Positions 62,096-64,000 of a stretch of DNA of 64,000 bases are shown piece by piece. Both the position numbers and the translations under genes were made by a program. This DNA is from Podarcis melisellensis (Eukaryota), in the NCBI GenBank assembly GCA_964234715.1, contig OZ174279.1; one strand, given 5' to 3'. The notes beneath the pieces are model-generated. The model had not been told where the DNA came from, ran no database searches, and saw only the letters and a program-made list of their open reading frames with translations. The first letter of the stretch is position 1; each line of letters opens with the position of its first letter.

Positions 62096-64000
62096 TAAAT
62101 CCAAAGTTAGGTATTGGAATAAAAAAACTGTAGTGAAAGGGGCATAGATCGCCTCGTCTTCTGTTTTAAGGCCAGCCCATCAACACATCCCCTCCTGCCT
62201 GTGACACACCTAGATTGAGGTTGCGGTGTACCATATTTGGAGAGCAACTGTACCCCTAAGGCTGCTGGAGGAACGATTGGCTGTAGGTGACAGAAAAGCT
62301 GTGTGTCACAGGGAAAGGCAGAAGCCCCCTCCCTTTCTCTCTTCGCACCTCCAAATACAGTGGAACTGAAATAGAACTGGTCAGGCTTCCCACCCCCAAA
62401 TTTCTCTCCGTGCTGCTCCCTGTCCAGTTACTAGCAGGTAGATGGTTCCGAAGTAAGTTTTATTTGGGTGGTTGCTAGGCTGCATGTGTATAATCTGGCC
62501 ATGGGTAAGAACAACCTCTGTGAGTTGACGAGAGCCTTCCGATAATAAGCATACAGTATTGCCTTTCTGGGCTAACCTCAGATTGCACTGCAGCAGCTCC
62601 AAGCAAAACTGGAGAGCGCCAGGGTCTGCTGCCCTAAAACAGGGAGGGAGATTTTTGCTGAACTGCTTTGTGATGTTCATCTGGTCCCCATTAACTGGTC
62701 TAGTGCTACTAGTCACATAGGATAAAAAACAACCAGAGGTGGATCAGGGGCTTAATTCTATTTTGTAAAGTATTGTATTCATGTATTCAGAATGGCCATG
62801 TACTGCATTTAATAACTTGCCCCATCGCCATAGACGATCATGAATCCCATACAGGGGAATGAGCAGGCTGGTGGAGGCAATGGTTTTTGTTTTGCTTTTA
62901 AGAAACATACTTTGCAGGGCACTCCCCCCCCCCACTTACAGACTGTGCTCTCAGGTGTCTTAATTCTTTCAGTGTGGAAATATTATGAGTGTCTTGTAAA
63001 CATGGTCGTTGCTGTTTTCAGGATTCTCTAAATTGGCAGGAGGAATGGTGGTTTTTGCTACGAATAGAACAAAATCATAGTCTTGAGTTTCCAAATATAC
63101 ATCCTTTTGTATGCTGTGTGCTTTTCCCCAGGCCAAAGCTTACACACGAGTGTTTCTTGTTATCTTAAGTGCTATGTAGCGTTTGGGTTTTGCCTGGGTG
63201 TTTCCTCTTATACTGGGTCGAAAACCTCATACTGATCCTTAGGTTCTTTCCCTTCTCTTGGCTTCTGTACGAAGAGATTTCTGGTCACCACGAAGAGCAG
63301 CTCTTTGCAGCTATAGATAACCACTTCATTCTTCTTCTTTTATGCAGAGGCATCAATAGATGTGGTGCCTGTAGAATCAACATGAGCAAAAACACACCAA
63401 ACCCAGTTTTGTGGTTTCACACACACCCTCTCTTTCTTGACCCAAAGCACATCACAAGATTGTGGGGTGATAAGATGCATGCCATCCATAGCTCTTTAGA
63501 GGAGCAGTGAGATACGAAAGAAATGGCAACCCGCTATTTATTGTGTTATGACACCATAATTAGGGGCCTCTCCAAATTTTCCTTGTATTTGTGCATTCAT
63601 GATGATTTGTTCATGTGATAGTATTGGGTAGATTATACATGATCCTGCTTTCAAAATTGTTTGCTTTTGCAAAAGCTTTGGGAGCAGAGACACTGCTTCA
63701 TTTCTAACCAGTGCATGCCCTGTGGCTTCCTGCTGAAATCCCGTAATTTTTCATACTGCAAACGTCCCCAGGTTTTGTTTTTTTTGTCTCGCTTTTGTTG
63801 CACAAGGGTGCTCCTCCAGACCTCAATAATGTGATAACACTGGGGGGAGAGCATAGCAGAACAAATAATGAAATGAAATGATGTGTGGATAATACAGTAT
63901 GAAACTACCACGAATTATTGCAGTTGCATCAGTGGCATGCTGCAGAATTTACCTTAAAAACCCACCTATCTAGAGGGGCCCAAGTCAATTTTTAACGTGT

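Overview
Vertebrate genomic DNA, almost certainly a squamate and probably a lacertid lizard (inferred from Sauria-type SINEs, Squam3-like SINEs, a BovB LINE and many Tc1/mariner and hAT MITEs). The window covers the conserved LRRC20 - EIF4EBP2 - [NODAL] - PALD1 block. It holds the 5' end of LRRC20 on the minus strand (first coding exon 7776-7857, CpG island ~12.0-12.55 kb). It also holds a complete three-exon EIF4EBP2 on the plus strand (118 aa, CDS 15946-16093, 26178-26354, 30126-30157, with a probable ~8 kb 3'UTR), and a CpG island at ~44.5-45.25 kb that by synteny is the likely PALD1 promoter (no PALD1 coding exon found). Main find: a decayed NODAL (Nodal1 paralogue) unitary pseudogene on the minus strand at ~39.4-42.2 kb, absent from the ORF track because of frameshifts. 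Its exon-2 mature-domain segment (…DFNVNFEEIG…VVYP/KQYNAFYHEG/DCSAPLKEGFQPAKNTYML|GTAAGT) is clear. Weaker traces of exon 1, the exon-2 start and exon 3 lie at roughly the expected spacing, and an orphan CpG island persists inside it. Most ORFs in the supplied track are non-coding noise from GC-rich promoters and repeats.
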